A model generated the notes under the pieces. The model made no database searches and was not told the origin of the DNA. It was given only the letters and a program-made list of their open reading frames with translations. Below are positions 1 to 9,125 of a stretch of DNA of 64,000 bases, one piece after another (position 1 is the first letter of the stretch; the number at the start of each line of letters is the position of its first letter). Made by a program: the position numbers and the translations under genes. The stretch covers positions 2,807 through 66,806 of the forward strand of contig JAWXCB010000066.1 in assembly GCA_034440455.1 (NCBI GenBank), in the 5' to 3' direction. This DNA comes from Chitinophagales bacterium. GTDB taxonomy: Bacteria > Bacteroidota > Bacteroidia > Chitinophagales > CAIOSU01.

Positions 1-219
1 TAGCCTTCCTTGCCGAAATAAAGCATGAGAAAGCCTTGCGACAGGAGCGTAAAGCACAGGAAACAACCCATCCATACTAAGAAAAAGAGACTCGTATTTT
101 GTTGCGGGGTTCGTTCGGAAGGATTCATTAGTTGCGGGAATGATAGCGAGTAGGCAGAAGCATTTTTTAATAGAGGAATGCGTGCGTAAATTTACATCTC
201 CAAAAAGAAAACGAACAGC

Positions 220-1230
220 GTGGTAAAAATCAGTAACATCGAATTGAGTGAATTCCCCCTGCTGCTTGCCCCGATGGAAGACGTGAGCGACCCTCCCTTC
301 CGCGGGCTGTGCAAGAAGCATGGCGCGGATTTGATGTACACCGAGTTCATCTCTTCCGAAGGGCTGATTCGCTTTGCCGATAAGAGCGTGAAGAAGCTCG
401 ACATCTTCGACTACGAGCGACCTATCGGCATCCAGATTTTTGGGGGCGAAATTGAATCCATGCGCAGGGCGGCAGAGATTGTTGAGGAAGCAAAGCCCGA
501 TATTCTCGACATCAACTACGGCTGCCCGGTGCATAAAGTGGTTTGTAAAGATGCCGGAGCGGGCATTCTGCGTGATATTCCAAAAATGATAAAGCTCACG
601 GAAGAAATCGTGAAATCCACCTCCTTGCCCGTTACCGTGAAGACACGCCTCGGGTGGGATGAAAACACAAAATATGTGGTGGAGGTTGCCGAGCGGCTGC
701 AAGACATTGGCATCAAAGCCATCTCCATTCACGGGCGCACACGCAAACAGATGTATAAGGGCGATGCCGACTGGACGCTCATCGCAGCGGTGAAGAATAA
801 CCCCCGCATGAAGATTCCCGTGTTTGGCAATGGCGATGTGGACACTCCCCAAAAGGCAAAGCTCATGCGCGATACTTATGGCGTTGACGGCATTATGATT
901 GGCAGGGCATCCATCGGGCATCCGTGGATTTTCCGCGAGATAAAACACTTTCTCAAAACCGGAGAAATCCTTGCCCCGCCTACTGTTGCAGAGCGCGTGG
1001 AAGCCTGCTGCGAACACGTAATGCGCTCCGTGGAGTGGAAGGGACCGAAACTTGGCATCCTCGAAATGCGCAGGCATTACGCTAACTATTTCAGGGGTTT
1101 CCATAATATCAAGCCCCTTCGCCAGCAATTAGTAATGGCGGAAACGCTTGATGCCGTAATGGATATTTTAAACACCGTCACTTCTTCCGGGCTTTCCCTT
1201 GTTGCAGAATTGCAGGAACAGGCTGCCTGA
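220..1230 (+). CDS. dusB: tRNA-dihydrouridine synthase (Dus family, DusB-like)
   Basis: 336-aa ORF. LAPMEDVSDPPFR near the N-terminus, DINYGCP (catalytic Cys) and IHGRTR segments are typical of the Dus FMN TIM-barrel family. Confidence 0.85.
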   Translation: MVKISNIELSEFPLLLAPMEDVSDPPFRGLCKKHGADLMYTEFISSEGLIRFADKSVKKLDIFDYERPIGIQIFGGEIESMRRAAEIVEEAKPDILDINYGCPVHKVVCKDAGAGILRDIPKMIKLTEEIVKSTSLPVTVKTRLGWDENTKYVVEVAERLQDIGIKAISIHGRTRKQMYKGDADWTLIAAVKNNPRMKIPVFGNGDVDTPQKAKLMRDTYGVDGIMIGRASIGHPWIFREIKHFLKTGEILAPPTVAERVEACCEHVMRSVEWKGPKLGILEMRRHYANYFRGFHNIKPLRQQLVMAETLDAVMDILNTVTSSGLSLVAELQEQAA

Positions 1231-1256
1231 AAAGGGTGACATTTTAACAGGAAAAC

Positions 1257-1297
1257 CGCAAGGCACGTAATTTGAAAACCTTGCGTTGTATTTTTTA
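1257..1297 (+). terminator. candidate rho-independent terminator after dusB
   Basis: CGCAAGG (1257-1263) / CCTTGCG (1279-1285) stem followed by the T-rich run TTGTATTTTTT. The 15-nt loop makes it weak. Confidence 0.35.
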
Positions 1298-1315
1298 AAC
1301 TAAAACTGACGCAAA

Positions 1316-1987
1316 ATGTACATGATTCTTATCCTTTTAATTATGGGTGCAAGCTGGGCGGTTGGCGCACGGCTCAAAAGCAAATTCCAGAAATATTCAC
1401 AAGTGCCCACCTCCTCAGGACTGAGCGGCAAGGAAATCGCTGAGAAGATGCTGCGTGAAAACAACATCAGTGATGTGCAGGTGATTTCTGTGCCGGGGCA
1501 ACTCACCGACCACTACAACCCGATGAAACGCACCGTGAACCTCAGCCCCGAAGTGTATCATGGAAGGCACGTTTCCGCTGCTGCCGTTGCCGCCCATGAA
1601 TGCGGGCACGCGGTGCAGCACGCCAAATCATACCTCTGGCTGCAGATGCGCTCCACGCTCGTGCCTGTCGTGAGTTTCACCTCCGGCTGGATGCAGTGGG
1701 TGCTGCTTGCGGGCATCCTGCTGATACAGGTTTCGATTATTCCGCTCACGATTGGCGTGGCGCTCTTTGCGATGACAACGCTCTTCAGCTTCATCACGCT
1801 GCCTGTCGAGTTTGACGCTTCGCATCGCGCCCTGGTGTGGCTGCAAAGCGCGCGTATCACTACTGCGCAGGAACAAACGCAGGCGAAAGACGCCCTCAAG
1901 TGGGCTGCAATGACATACGTGGTTGCCGCGCTCGCCTCACTCGCTACGCTGCTCTACTACATCAGCATGTTGAACAGGAGAAGGTAA
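1316..1987 (+). CDS. membrane zinc metallopeptidase (YugP / Zn_peptidase_2-like)
   Basis: 223 aa. HECGHAVQH zinc motif, N-terminal TM segment and hydrophobic C-terminal segments. Confidence 0.75.
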   Translation: MYMILILLIMGASWAVGARLKSKFQKYSQVPTSSGLSGKEIAEKMLRENNISDVQVISVPGQLTDHYNPMKRTVNLSPEVYHGRHVSAAAVAAHECGHAVQHAKSYLWLQMRSTLVPVVSFTSGWMQWVLLAGILLIQVSIIPLTIGVALFAMTTLFSFITLPVEFDASHRALVWLQSARITTAQEQTQAKDALKWAAMTYVVAALASLATLLYYISMLNRRR

Positions 1988-2000
1988 AAATTTTTTGCAT

Positions 2001-2036
2001 AAAAAAGGGACGCTCTATGCGTCCCTTTTTTGTTTT
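2001..2036. terminator. hairpin terminator, possibly bidirectional
   Basis: GGGACGC (2007-2013) / GCGTCCC (2019-2025) stem with an A6 run upstream and a T6 run downstream. It sits between convergent genes. Confidence 0.55.
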
Positions 2037-2044
2037 CTTCTTTG

Positions 2045-2164
2045 CCGTTGGCTTTAGCCAACGGAATAAATGGCGTAGTGAACAAGGCTTTAGCCGCAAT
2101 TGCCTGTTCCTTTTGGCTAAAGCCCTTTGCTTTTGCATCTGATTCCGTTGGCTGAAGCCAACGG
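2045..2164. repeat. 120-bp palindromic intergenic element with hairpin termini CCGTTGGCTNNAGCCAACGG
   Basis: Perfect 20-nt hairpins at 2045-2064 and 2145-2164, exactly 100 bp apart. Inner GGCTTTAGCC (2086-2095) and GGCTAAAGCC (2115-2124). The two ~55-nt arms are imperfect reverse complements. A solo half copy (AAGCCAACGGCAAT) lies near 3388-3405. Confidence 0.7.
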
Positions 2165-2195
2165 CAATGAATAATTTAGAGGGTCGCTCTACAAT

Positions 2196-3089
2196 TTACC
2201 GCTCCCGCACAATCCTCTTTGCCACACTCCCTTTCCCGCTCTTGATTTGCAAAAGGTAAATGCCTTCGGGATATTGCCGCATCTCTATTTGCATGTTGCC
2301 GGAATGTTTTTCGCAAAACAATTCAACGCCCAGCATGGAGGAAAGGCACACTTCCACTTCCTCATTTGAAGGCAGGTCAACAAACAGAACATCCGAAACG
2401 GGGTTGGGGTATGTTCTTACTTCCGCTTCTAAAATATTTTTATCCGAGAGATAAATGATGGTGTCATAAAAGCAATCATTGTAAGCCGGGTTTTGATAAA
2501 CCAGTGCCCCGTTTTCAGAATAACAAAGCACTCGGTATTCCCCACCGTCAAAAACAAAGTCACGCTCAAAAGGGAAATAAAAAGTCGGGTTGATATTCCC
2601 TATTCCTTCTATCCCTATTTCACTTTGATAGTTACCACAATCGTCACAACTGAGAAACATTCTTTTTCTTGTCCTTCCCAAAATCACTGTGTCAACAGAG
2701 TTCACTTTCAGAAAAGAGAAATAATTTGGTCCGTTCCTCACATCAAAAGAATCACCTACATTCAGAGTGAAATCATAGAGCAGACGCTCTTGCTGCTGGT
2801 AGTTGAGATAATAGACCTTGCCGGAATCCTGCCTAACCCAAACCGGGTCACCTCCTGAACTAATGGTTTGATAAGTATGGTTATCAAAAACAGCATCACC
2901 TGTCACAGAATAGGTTCCAGTGGATATCTCAATTATAAGTGGAGAAGACATTGACATTAGACTTTCTGTAATCTGCTACACTCCCGAAGTGTCGGCAAAG
3001 CGATGGCTTTGCTGCGCGTTTGCTTGAAAGCAAAGCAGAAGAAAACAGGTGAACGGCAGAAGTGTTTGTGAGATTAATTTGCAAAACAT
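2196..3089 (-). pseudogene. T9SS C-terminal-domain cargo protein interrupted by an in-frame TAG
   Basis: The C-terminal ~80 aa (YPNPVSDVLFVDLP...GIYLLQIKSGKG) form a T9SS sorting domain. The body ORF 2196-2957 has no signal peptide. An ATG at 3089, in the same frame, encodes MFCKLISQTLLPFTCFLLLCFQANAQ. It is separated from the body by a single TAG (plus-strand cta at 2976-2978). Confidence 0.6.
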
Positions 3090-3273
3090 GGTTTCCTGTT
3101 TCCTGCAATTTACTAAGAACATATCTTAAAATTCATCCCGCAGCCCAGAAATGACTTCCACATGACAAATTCTCTTTTCCCTACATCCTTTTCCATCCCT
3201 GTGCAAAACTCCCCTTGACACATAACCTATCTCCCGCATATCTTTCTGTGAAGAAGGGCGGTGCGCGAAATTT

Positions 3274-3365
3274 CTCCCCTCTCCTTTGGAGCTTGCCTAT
3301 GCACACATTTATTTAGGAACTAATTTGTGCAAGTGACCAGCCTTTGCAGAGGGGCGAGGTGAGGC
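3274..3365. repeat. CCCCTCTCC...GGTGAGGC family repeat, copy split by a nested ~50-nt hairpin insert
   Basis: CTCCCCTCTCCTTTGGAG ... GCAGAGGGGCGAGGTGAGGC. The halves match the compact copy at 17499-17534. Confidence 0.6.
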
Positions 3366-3509
3366 AACACAGAGTTGTGCAACAAGCGCGAAAGCCAACG
3401 GCAATTAAAAGCCGCAACAACAACGAACATTTAACCACACGCGGTGATCTTCTTCCTTCCCTCCATTAAATCAAATCTCCGATATTAGCAGCAAGAATAA
3501 TTGCAACGG

Positions 3510-4988
3510 ATGCCTGCCAAACCCAAATCACCCCACGTGCTCGAATTCAACACCGGCTGGAGCTATGCGCCCGCGCCCGAAGGCGCGGAGCATGTTGAAT
3601 TGAAGGAGCGCTACGACCTGTTCATCAATGGCAAATTCGTGAAGCCCTCGAAAGAAAAATATTTCAAAACCATCAATCCCGCTACCGAAGAAAGAATAAG
3701 CGAAGTGGGGGAAGCGACTTCGGAAGATGTTGACCGCGCAGTGCGAGCAGCACGTGGCGCTTATGAAAACGTGTGGTCGAAAATGTCCGCGAAAGAACGC
3801 GGGAAATATATCTACCGCATCGCACGGTTGATGCAGGAACGTGCGCGCGAATTTGCCGTGCTGGAATCGCTCGATGGCGGCAAGCCGATACGCGAAGCGA
3901 AAACGGTGGATGTGCCGCTGGCAGCCGCGCACTTTTTTTATTATGCAGGATGGGCGGATAAACTGCGCTATGCTTTTCCGGGGAAAAAACCTGCGCCTCT
4001 CGGTGTGGCAGCACAAATTATCCCGTGGAATTTTCCGCTGCTGATGGCGGCATGGAAAATTGCGCCCGCGCTCGCCACAGGAAATACCGTTGTATTAAAA
4101 CCTGCGGAAACCACGCCACTCACCGCGTTGAAGCTGGCTGAATTAATCCAGGAAGCCGACCTGCCGCCCGGTGTGGTGAATATTATTACAGGCGCGGGCA
4201 AAACGGGAGCCGCATTGGTGGAGCATCCTGACGTTGACAAAATCGCATTCACCGGCAGCACGCAAGTCGGAAAAATGATTCAGAAAGCAATTGCAGGCAC
4301 GCAGAAAAAATATACGCTCGAGCTGGGGGGCAAAGCCGCCAACATCGTGTTTGAAGATGCCGCGCTTGATGAGGCGGTGGAAGGCATCGTAAATGGAATT
4401 TTCTTTAATCAAGGGCATGTGTGCTGCGCAGGTTCGCGCCTTTTTGTGCAGGAAGGAATTTACGGAAAGCTGATTCGCAAGCTGAAGGACAGGATGGAAA
4501 CGCTCATCGTTGGCGACCCGCTCGACAAGAACACCGACATCGGTGCGATTAACTCGAAAGCGCAATTGGAAACCATCGAAGGTTATTTGAAACTCGGGAA
4601 AAAAGAAGGCGCGGAAATTTATCAGTCGTCCTGCGCACTGCCGCAGAAAGGATACTGGTGCAAACCCACGCTCTTTCTCAATTGCTCGCAATCGCACCGC
4701 ATCGTGCAGGAAGAAATCTTTGGACCCGTGCTTGCCGTGCAGACATTTCGCACGGTGGATGAGGCGATTGAAAAAGCAAACAACACGCCCTATGGATTGT
4801 CGGGTGGCGTATGGACGGACAAAGGCTCAAAGATTTTTAAAGTAGCAAGCAAACTGCGTTCGGGCGTGGTGTGGGCAAATACCTATAATAAGTTTGACCC
4901 TGCTTCACCCTTCGGAGGATATAAAGAAAGCGGCATCGGCAGAGAGGGCGGCTTGCACGGACTGGGGGGATATGTGGAGTTGAATTGA
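3510..4988 (+). CDS. NAD(P)-dependent aldehyde dehydrogenase
   Basis: ELGGK and FFNQGHVCCAGSR (catalytic Cys) motifs, plus the FTGST-type segment IAFTGSTQVG. ATG 3510 is preferred over TTG 3501. Confidence 0.9.
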   Translation: MPAKPKSPHVLEFNTGWSYAPAPEGAEHVELKERYDLFINGKFVKPSKEKYFKTINPATEERISEVGEATSEDVDRAVRAARGAYENVWSKMSAKERGKYIYRIARLMQERAREFAVLESLDGGKPIREAKTVDVPLAAAHFFYYAGWADKLRYAFPGKKPAPLGVAAQIIPWNFPLLMAAWKIAPALATGNTVVLKPAETTPLTALKLAELIQEADLPPGVVNIITGAGKTGAALVEHPDVDKIAFTGSTQVGKMIQKAIAGTQKKYTLELGGKAANIVFEDAALDEAVEGIVNGIFFNQGHVCCAGSRLFVQEGIYGKLIRKLKDRMETLIVGDPLDKNTDIGAINSKAQLETIEGYLKLGKKEGAEIYQSSCALPQKGYWCKPTLFLNCSQSHRIVQEEIFGPVLAVQTFRTVDEAIEKANNTPYGLSGGVWTDKGSKIFKVASKLRSGVVWANTYNKFDPASPFGGYKESGIGREGGLHGLGGYVELN

Positions 4989-5084
4989 GGAAAGGAGGCA
5001 GCGGTATTTCTGCTGTGCGCCAGCATGTGCGGCAAGGCAACTTGCAGATACATTATTCCACTTTTAATATAAGTTTGTGCAGTA

Positions 5085-5321
5085 ATGAAAAACGAACAGA
5101 AAATTAAGTCGAGCATCATCAACAGGCTGGATAAAATTTCGCAGCGCAAGTTGAAAGATGTGTTGCATTTCATTGAGAAACTGGAAAACAGCAGTTCTGA
5201 CAAGAGCGACATCCTTTCCTTTGCCGGCTCGTGGAAAGAGATGGATGATTCTACTTTCAACGACCTCACGAAGCATCTGCACAAAAGAAGGAAAGCAAAC
5301 ACCACAAGACGCATCCTGTGA
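5085..5321 (+). CDS. putative antitoxin partner of the downstream PIN toxin
   Basis: 78-aa ORF whose stop overlaps the PIN gene start (GTGA at 5318-5321). Size and position fit an antitoxin; no family could be assigned by eye. Confidence 0.55.
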   Translation: MKNEQKIKSSIINRLDKISQRKLKDVLHFIEKLENSSSDKSDILSFAGSWKEMDDSTFNDLTKHLHKRRKANTTRRIL

Positions 5322-5728
5322 ACGAGCGCCTCATTGACACCGATATCCTGTCGTATTATATAAAAGGGAACAGCGCGGTTGTTCAGCGATTCAGCAACTA
5401 CCTGAATCACTTCCCCGCCATTAAAATCAGCATCATCACTTATTATGAAATCAAAAGCGGATTGCAGTTCAAAGGCGTCAAAAAACAACTCAGCGATTTT
5501 GAAAAATTCAGCGGCAAATGTGAAATCATGTCGCTTACAGAGATAAGCGCTGATGTTGCCGCCTTCTGGTATGCGCTGCTAAGAAAAAAAGGAACTCTGG
5601 TGGATGATATTGATTTATTGATTGCCGGAATCGCAATAGAGAACGAGCTAAGGTTAGTTACGAACAATGAAAAACATTTCGCCAATATCAGCGAATTTGA
5701 AATCGAAAACTGGGCTATGCCGCAATAA
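5318..5728 (+). CDS. vapC: PIN-domain ribonuclease toxin (VapC-like)
   Basis: 136 aa. Acidic PIN pattern: LIDTDIL at the N-terminus, DDIDLLIAGIA, and TNNEKHF near the C-terminus. Confidence 0.8.
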   Translation: MNERLIDTDILSYYIKGNSAVVQRFSNYLNHFPAIKISIITYYEIKSGLQFKGVKKQLSDFEKFSGKCEIMSLTEISADVAAFWYALLRKKGTLVDDIDLLIAGIAIENELRLVTNNEKHFANISEFEIENWAMPQ

Positions 5729-5750
5729 TCCGGAAGTGTATATTTGAGAT

Positions 5751-6692
5751 ATGGCAAAAGCACTCCTGAAAAAAGTGAAAGTAAATCCCGAAACGCTTTC
5801 GCATATCGCCATGAACGGAAAGCAGAGCAACGGTGCGCGCCTGAAGGTGCAGAAGACGTATAAGATTTACATTGACGGGAAATTTCCGCGCACCGAGTCG
5901 GGCAGGTACTACAAGCTGAAAAATAAAAAGGGCGCAACTATCGCGAACATCTGCCGCTCATCGCGAAAAGATTTTCGTGATGCGGTTGTCGCTGCGCGAA
6001 ATGCGTTTGAAAAATGGGCATCGCTCACCGCGTTTAATCGCGGGCAGATTATTTATCGCATTGCCGAAATGCTCGAAGGCAGAAGTGCGCAGTTTGTTTC
6101 GGAAATGATACAACAGGGATATGGCATTGACGAAGCCACGCGCGAAGTGGCGCTCGCCATTGACAGGCTGGTGTATTACGCAGGCTGGGCTGACAAGTAT
6201 CAGCAAATCTTCAGCAGCGTGAACCCCGTGAATGCCTCTTACTTCAACTTTTCCCTCTGCGAACCCACCGGTGTGGTGAGCATCATTGCTCCCGAAGAAA
6301 ATACATTGGCGGGATTGATTTCAACGGTGATTCCAGTTATCGCAGGTGGAAATACGTGCATCGCGCTTGCTTCCGAATCACTGCCGCTCTGCGCGGTAAC
6401 GCTGGCAGAAGTGCTCCATTCATCCGATGTTCCGGGTGGCGTGGTAAATATTTTAACCGGATTCAGGAAAGAGTTGCTCGGGCATTTCGCTTCGCACATG
6501 GATGTGAACGCAATCGTGTTTTGCGGTGAGGATAAAAAAGAAATCAAAGCCGTGCAGGAAAACGCAACGCTAAATGTGAAGCGCGTCATCTTGCGCAGAA
6601 ATGCCGAATGGCTGAATGAGTCCTACCAAAATCCTTACTTCATTCTCGACACGCAGGAAACCAAAACCACCTGGCATCCCGTTGGAGTCTGA
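5751..6692 (+). CDS. aldehyde-dehydrogenase-family protein lacking the catalytic domain
   Basis: 313 aa. It aligns by eye to the NAD-binding half of the upstream ALDH (YYAGWADK..., GGVVNILTG) and to the extreme C-terminal strand. It has no ELGGK segment and no catalytic Cys segment. Confidence 0.7.
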   Translation: MAKALLKKVKVNPETLSHIAMNGKQSNGARLKVQKTYKIYIDGKFPRTESGRYYKLKNKKGATIANICRSSRKDFRDAVVAARNAFEKWASLTAFNRGQIIYRIAEMLEGRSAQFVSEMIQQGYGIDEATREVALAIDRLVYYAGWADKYQQIFSSVNPVNASYFNFSLCEPTGVVSIIAPEENTLAGLISTVIPVIAGGNTCIALASESLPLCAVTLAEVLHSSDVPGGVVNILTGFRKELLGHFASHMDVNAIVFCGEDKKEIKAVQENATLNVKRVILRRNAEWLNESYQNPYFILDTQETKTTWHPVGV

Positions 6693-6736
6693 TTCGGTGA
6701 TTTGTTAATTCGATGATTCGATAATGTAAAAACCGC

Positions 6737-8041
6737 CTAAATCACCTTGCCGAGTATCAATGGAGTATTCTTAGGTTTTGCGGGTGAAAATGAATATGCA
6801 GCGAGTAATTTTTCTTCTGCTTCCGCAAGTTTGCTTTCATTGTTGGTATAAAGAATTGCAAGCTTCTCTCCTATTTTAATCTTCTCGCCAGCTTTTTTAT
6901 GCAATACGATTCCCGCTGACAAATCAATGGCATCTCCTTTCTGCAATCTGCCCGCGCCCAGCAACATGGCGGCATTGCCTATCCCTTCCGCGCGGATGGA
7001 TTTTATAAAACCGCTTTTCGGAGCGGTAACAATATGCTGGATATGCGCTTGCGGCAACAATTCTGTCTTCTCCGCCTGACCCACATCCCCACCCTGCGCA
7101 ACAATAAACTCTTTGAATTTCCCGAAAGCCTTCCCGTTTGAAAGTAGTCTTTGCAATTTCTTTTTCGCCTCCCCTTCATTCTTTGCCGCTTTTGCAAGCA
7201 GCAGCATCTGTGCTCCCATAGCGATACACAAGTCTTGCAAATCCTTTGGACCGTTTCCACGCAGCGTTTCAATTGCTTCTTTCACTTCCAGCGCATTCCC
7301 GATTGCATTTCCCAAAGGCTGTTCCATGTCCGTAATCACCGCCATCGTTTTTTTGCCCATGCTATTGCCGATGTCAACAAGCAGACGCGCGAGTTCAGTC
7401 GCCTCCTTTTTGTTTTTCATAAACGCGCCATCACCGCATTTCACGTCAAGCACAATTGCATCTGCTCCTGATGCAAGCTTCTTGCTCATGATGCTGGCAG
7501 CGATCAACGATTTGTTCTCAACCGTTGCGGTAACATCGCGCAGCGCATACAACTTCTTGTCAGCAGGAACAAGGTTTGCGCTTTGCGCAGCCACAGCGAT
7601 ACCGATGGATTTTACCTGTTCCAAAAATTCTTCTTTTGTCAATTCCACATGAAATCCTCTAAAGGATTCCAACTTGTCAATCGTGCCGCCAGTATGCCCG
7701 AGTCCTCTTCCCGAAAGCTTTGCAACCGGAACACCTGCTGCTGCAACCAATGGCGCAAGCACAAGCGTAGTTTTATCTCCAACCCCGCCTGTGCTGTGCT
7801 TATCCACTTTAATTCCGCGAATTGAGGAGAGGTCAAGCACTTCCCCTGATGTAATCATTGACTGCGTAAGCGCAATCGTTTCTTTCTTATTTAATCCTTG
7901 AAAATAGATAGCCATCAACAACGCTGACGCCTGGTAATCAGGAATTCGGTTTCCGGTAAAACCATGCACGAAGAATTCAATCTCTGCGTCAGTCAGTGCA
8001 TCTCCGCTGCGCTTTTTTAAGAGGATGTCTTTGATGGACAT
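6737..8041 (-). CDS. deoA: thymidine / pyrimidine-nucleoside phosphorylase
   Basis: 434 aa. DKHSTGGVGDKT and GRGLGHTGGTIDKLES motifs. Confidence 0.9.
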   Translation of the reverse strand: MSIKDILLKKRSGDALTDAEIEFFVHGFTGNRIPDYQASALLMAIYFQGLNKKETIALTQSMITSGEVLDLSSIRGIKVDKHSTGGVGDKTTLVLAPLVAAAGVPVAKLSGRGLGHTGGTIDKLESFRGFHVELTKEEFLEQVKSIGIAVAAQSANLVPADKKLYALRDVTATVENKSLIAASIMSKKLASGADAIVLDVKCGDGAFMKNKKEATELARLLVDIGNSMGKKTMAVITDMEQPLGNAIGNALEVKEAIETLRGNGPKDLQDLCIAMGAQMLLLAKAAKNEGEAKKKLQRLLSNGKAFGKFKEFIVAQGGDVGQAEKTELLPQAHIQHIVTAPKSGFIKSIRAEGIGNAAMLLGAGRLQKGDAIDLSAGIVLHKKAGEKIKIGEKLAILYTNNESKLAEAEEKLLAAYSFSPAKPKNTPLILGKVI

Positions 8042-8111
8042 GAATGCAAACTAAGAAAAATGCAAATACGTCTAACTATTCATTGCTATCTTAGAGCCTT
8101 TAGAATAAGGA

Positions 8112-9125
8112 ATGGCGCAAATTCGATTGGTGAAATATGAACCCGCTTTAGCAGAAAGGTGGGACAGCTTCATTGATAATTCCATCAATGGCACGTTGTT
8201 TCACAGGCAGCGTTTTATGAGCTATCATCCAGTCGGGAAGTTTGCGGATGCTTCTCTGTTATTTTACGAGGGCAATAAACTACTCTCTGTTTTTCCCGCA
8301 GCCATTATTAAAGCAGCCGATGGAAAAAAAGTGCTGAAGTCGCACCCCGGAACATCCTATGGCGGACTTGTATTCGAGCAGACCTTACCGCTGGAAGATA
8401 TTTTCAGCATTTTGGAAAGTCTGCATGAATATGCAAATCAAGAACAAGTTAACCAGATTGAATTTCGGCAGGGTCCAAAGATTTTCAATAAAGTTTTAGT
8501 TGACCAATTTGATTTTGCGCTCGTGCATTTTAATTATGAGAGAAAAGAGCAAGAACTCGCGACATTCTTTCCGCTGGAGCAATTCACCTTCAATGAAAAT
8601 TTTGAAGAATTTCTGATGCAGTTTCCGCAGAAAAACCGGAATGAAATAAGAAAAGGAATTAAGGAAGAACTTGTTTTCAAAAATCTTTCTGGGAATGCTG
8701 AGTTGGCAAATTTTTATGAAATCCTCTGCAAGTCGCTGGAAATGCGCTTTCAGAAAAAGCCCACACATACCTTTGAGGAATTTGAAACGATATTACGACT
8801 CTATCCTGAGCAATGTTTTGTAGCAGGAATTTTTAAAGGAGATATATTAACCGCAGGTTTTTTCATTATGCAGTTGAATGAGCGCGGCTGGCATATTTTT
8901 TACGCTCCGATGAATTATGAATACCAAAATTTGCGTCCTTTGAATTTCGGAGTTGCGCAACTCATTCATCTTGCGATGAAGAAGGGAATGAAAGTATTGA
9001 ACTACGGCATCTCGACAGAGCAAGGCGGCAAGCATATCAACTGGCCTCTTTTTAAGTTCAAAGAAAACTTCAACGGCACAGGCGTCATCAGAACCTATTG
9101 GGTGAAACATCTGCAAGAAGCGTGA
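8112..9125 (+). CDS. FemAB/BioF2-like GNAT-fold transferase (tentative)
   Basis: 337-aa cytoplasmic ORF whose length and general pattern resemble FemAB-like acyl/aminoacyl transferases. The family assignment is by recollection only. The stop overlaps the next gene's start. Confidence 0.45.
   Translation: MAQIRLVKYEPALAERWDSFIDNSINGTLFHRQRFMSYHPVGKFADASLLFYEGNKLLSVFPAAIIKAADGKKVLKSHPGTSYGGLVFEQTLPLEDIFSILESLHEYANQEQVNQIEFRQGPKIFNKVLVDQFDFALVHFNYERKEQELATFFPLEQFTFNENFEEFLMQFPQKNRNEIRKGIKEELVFKNLSGNAELANFYEILCKSLEMRFQKKPTHTFEEFETILRLYPEQCFVAGIFKGDILTAGFFIMQLNERGWHIFYAPMNYEYQNLRPLNFGVAQLIHLAMKKGMKVLNYGISTEQGGKHINWPLFKFKENFNGTGVIRTYWVKHLQEA

Noticed and set aside
1-75. Possible 5' end of a minus-strand gene (MDGLFPVLYAPVARLSHALFRQGRL...) running off the left edge
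   Set aside because: Only 25 codons are visible and no motif is present. Too short to call.
4883-5488. 201-aa minus-strand ORF spanning the ALDH end, the antitoxin and the PIN start
   Set aside because: It overlaps three better-supported plus-strand genes and has no recognisable motifs. Other antisense ORFs were rejected for the same reason: 5443-5937, 24938-25387, 25621-26031, 27309-27801, 38208-38603 and 60670-61095.
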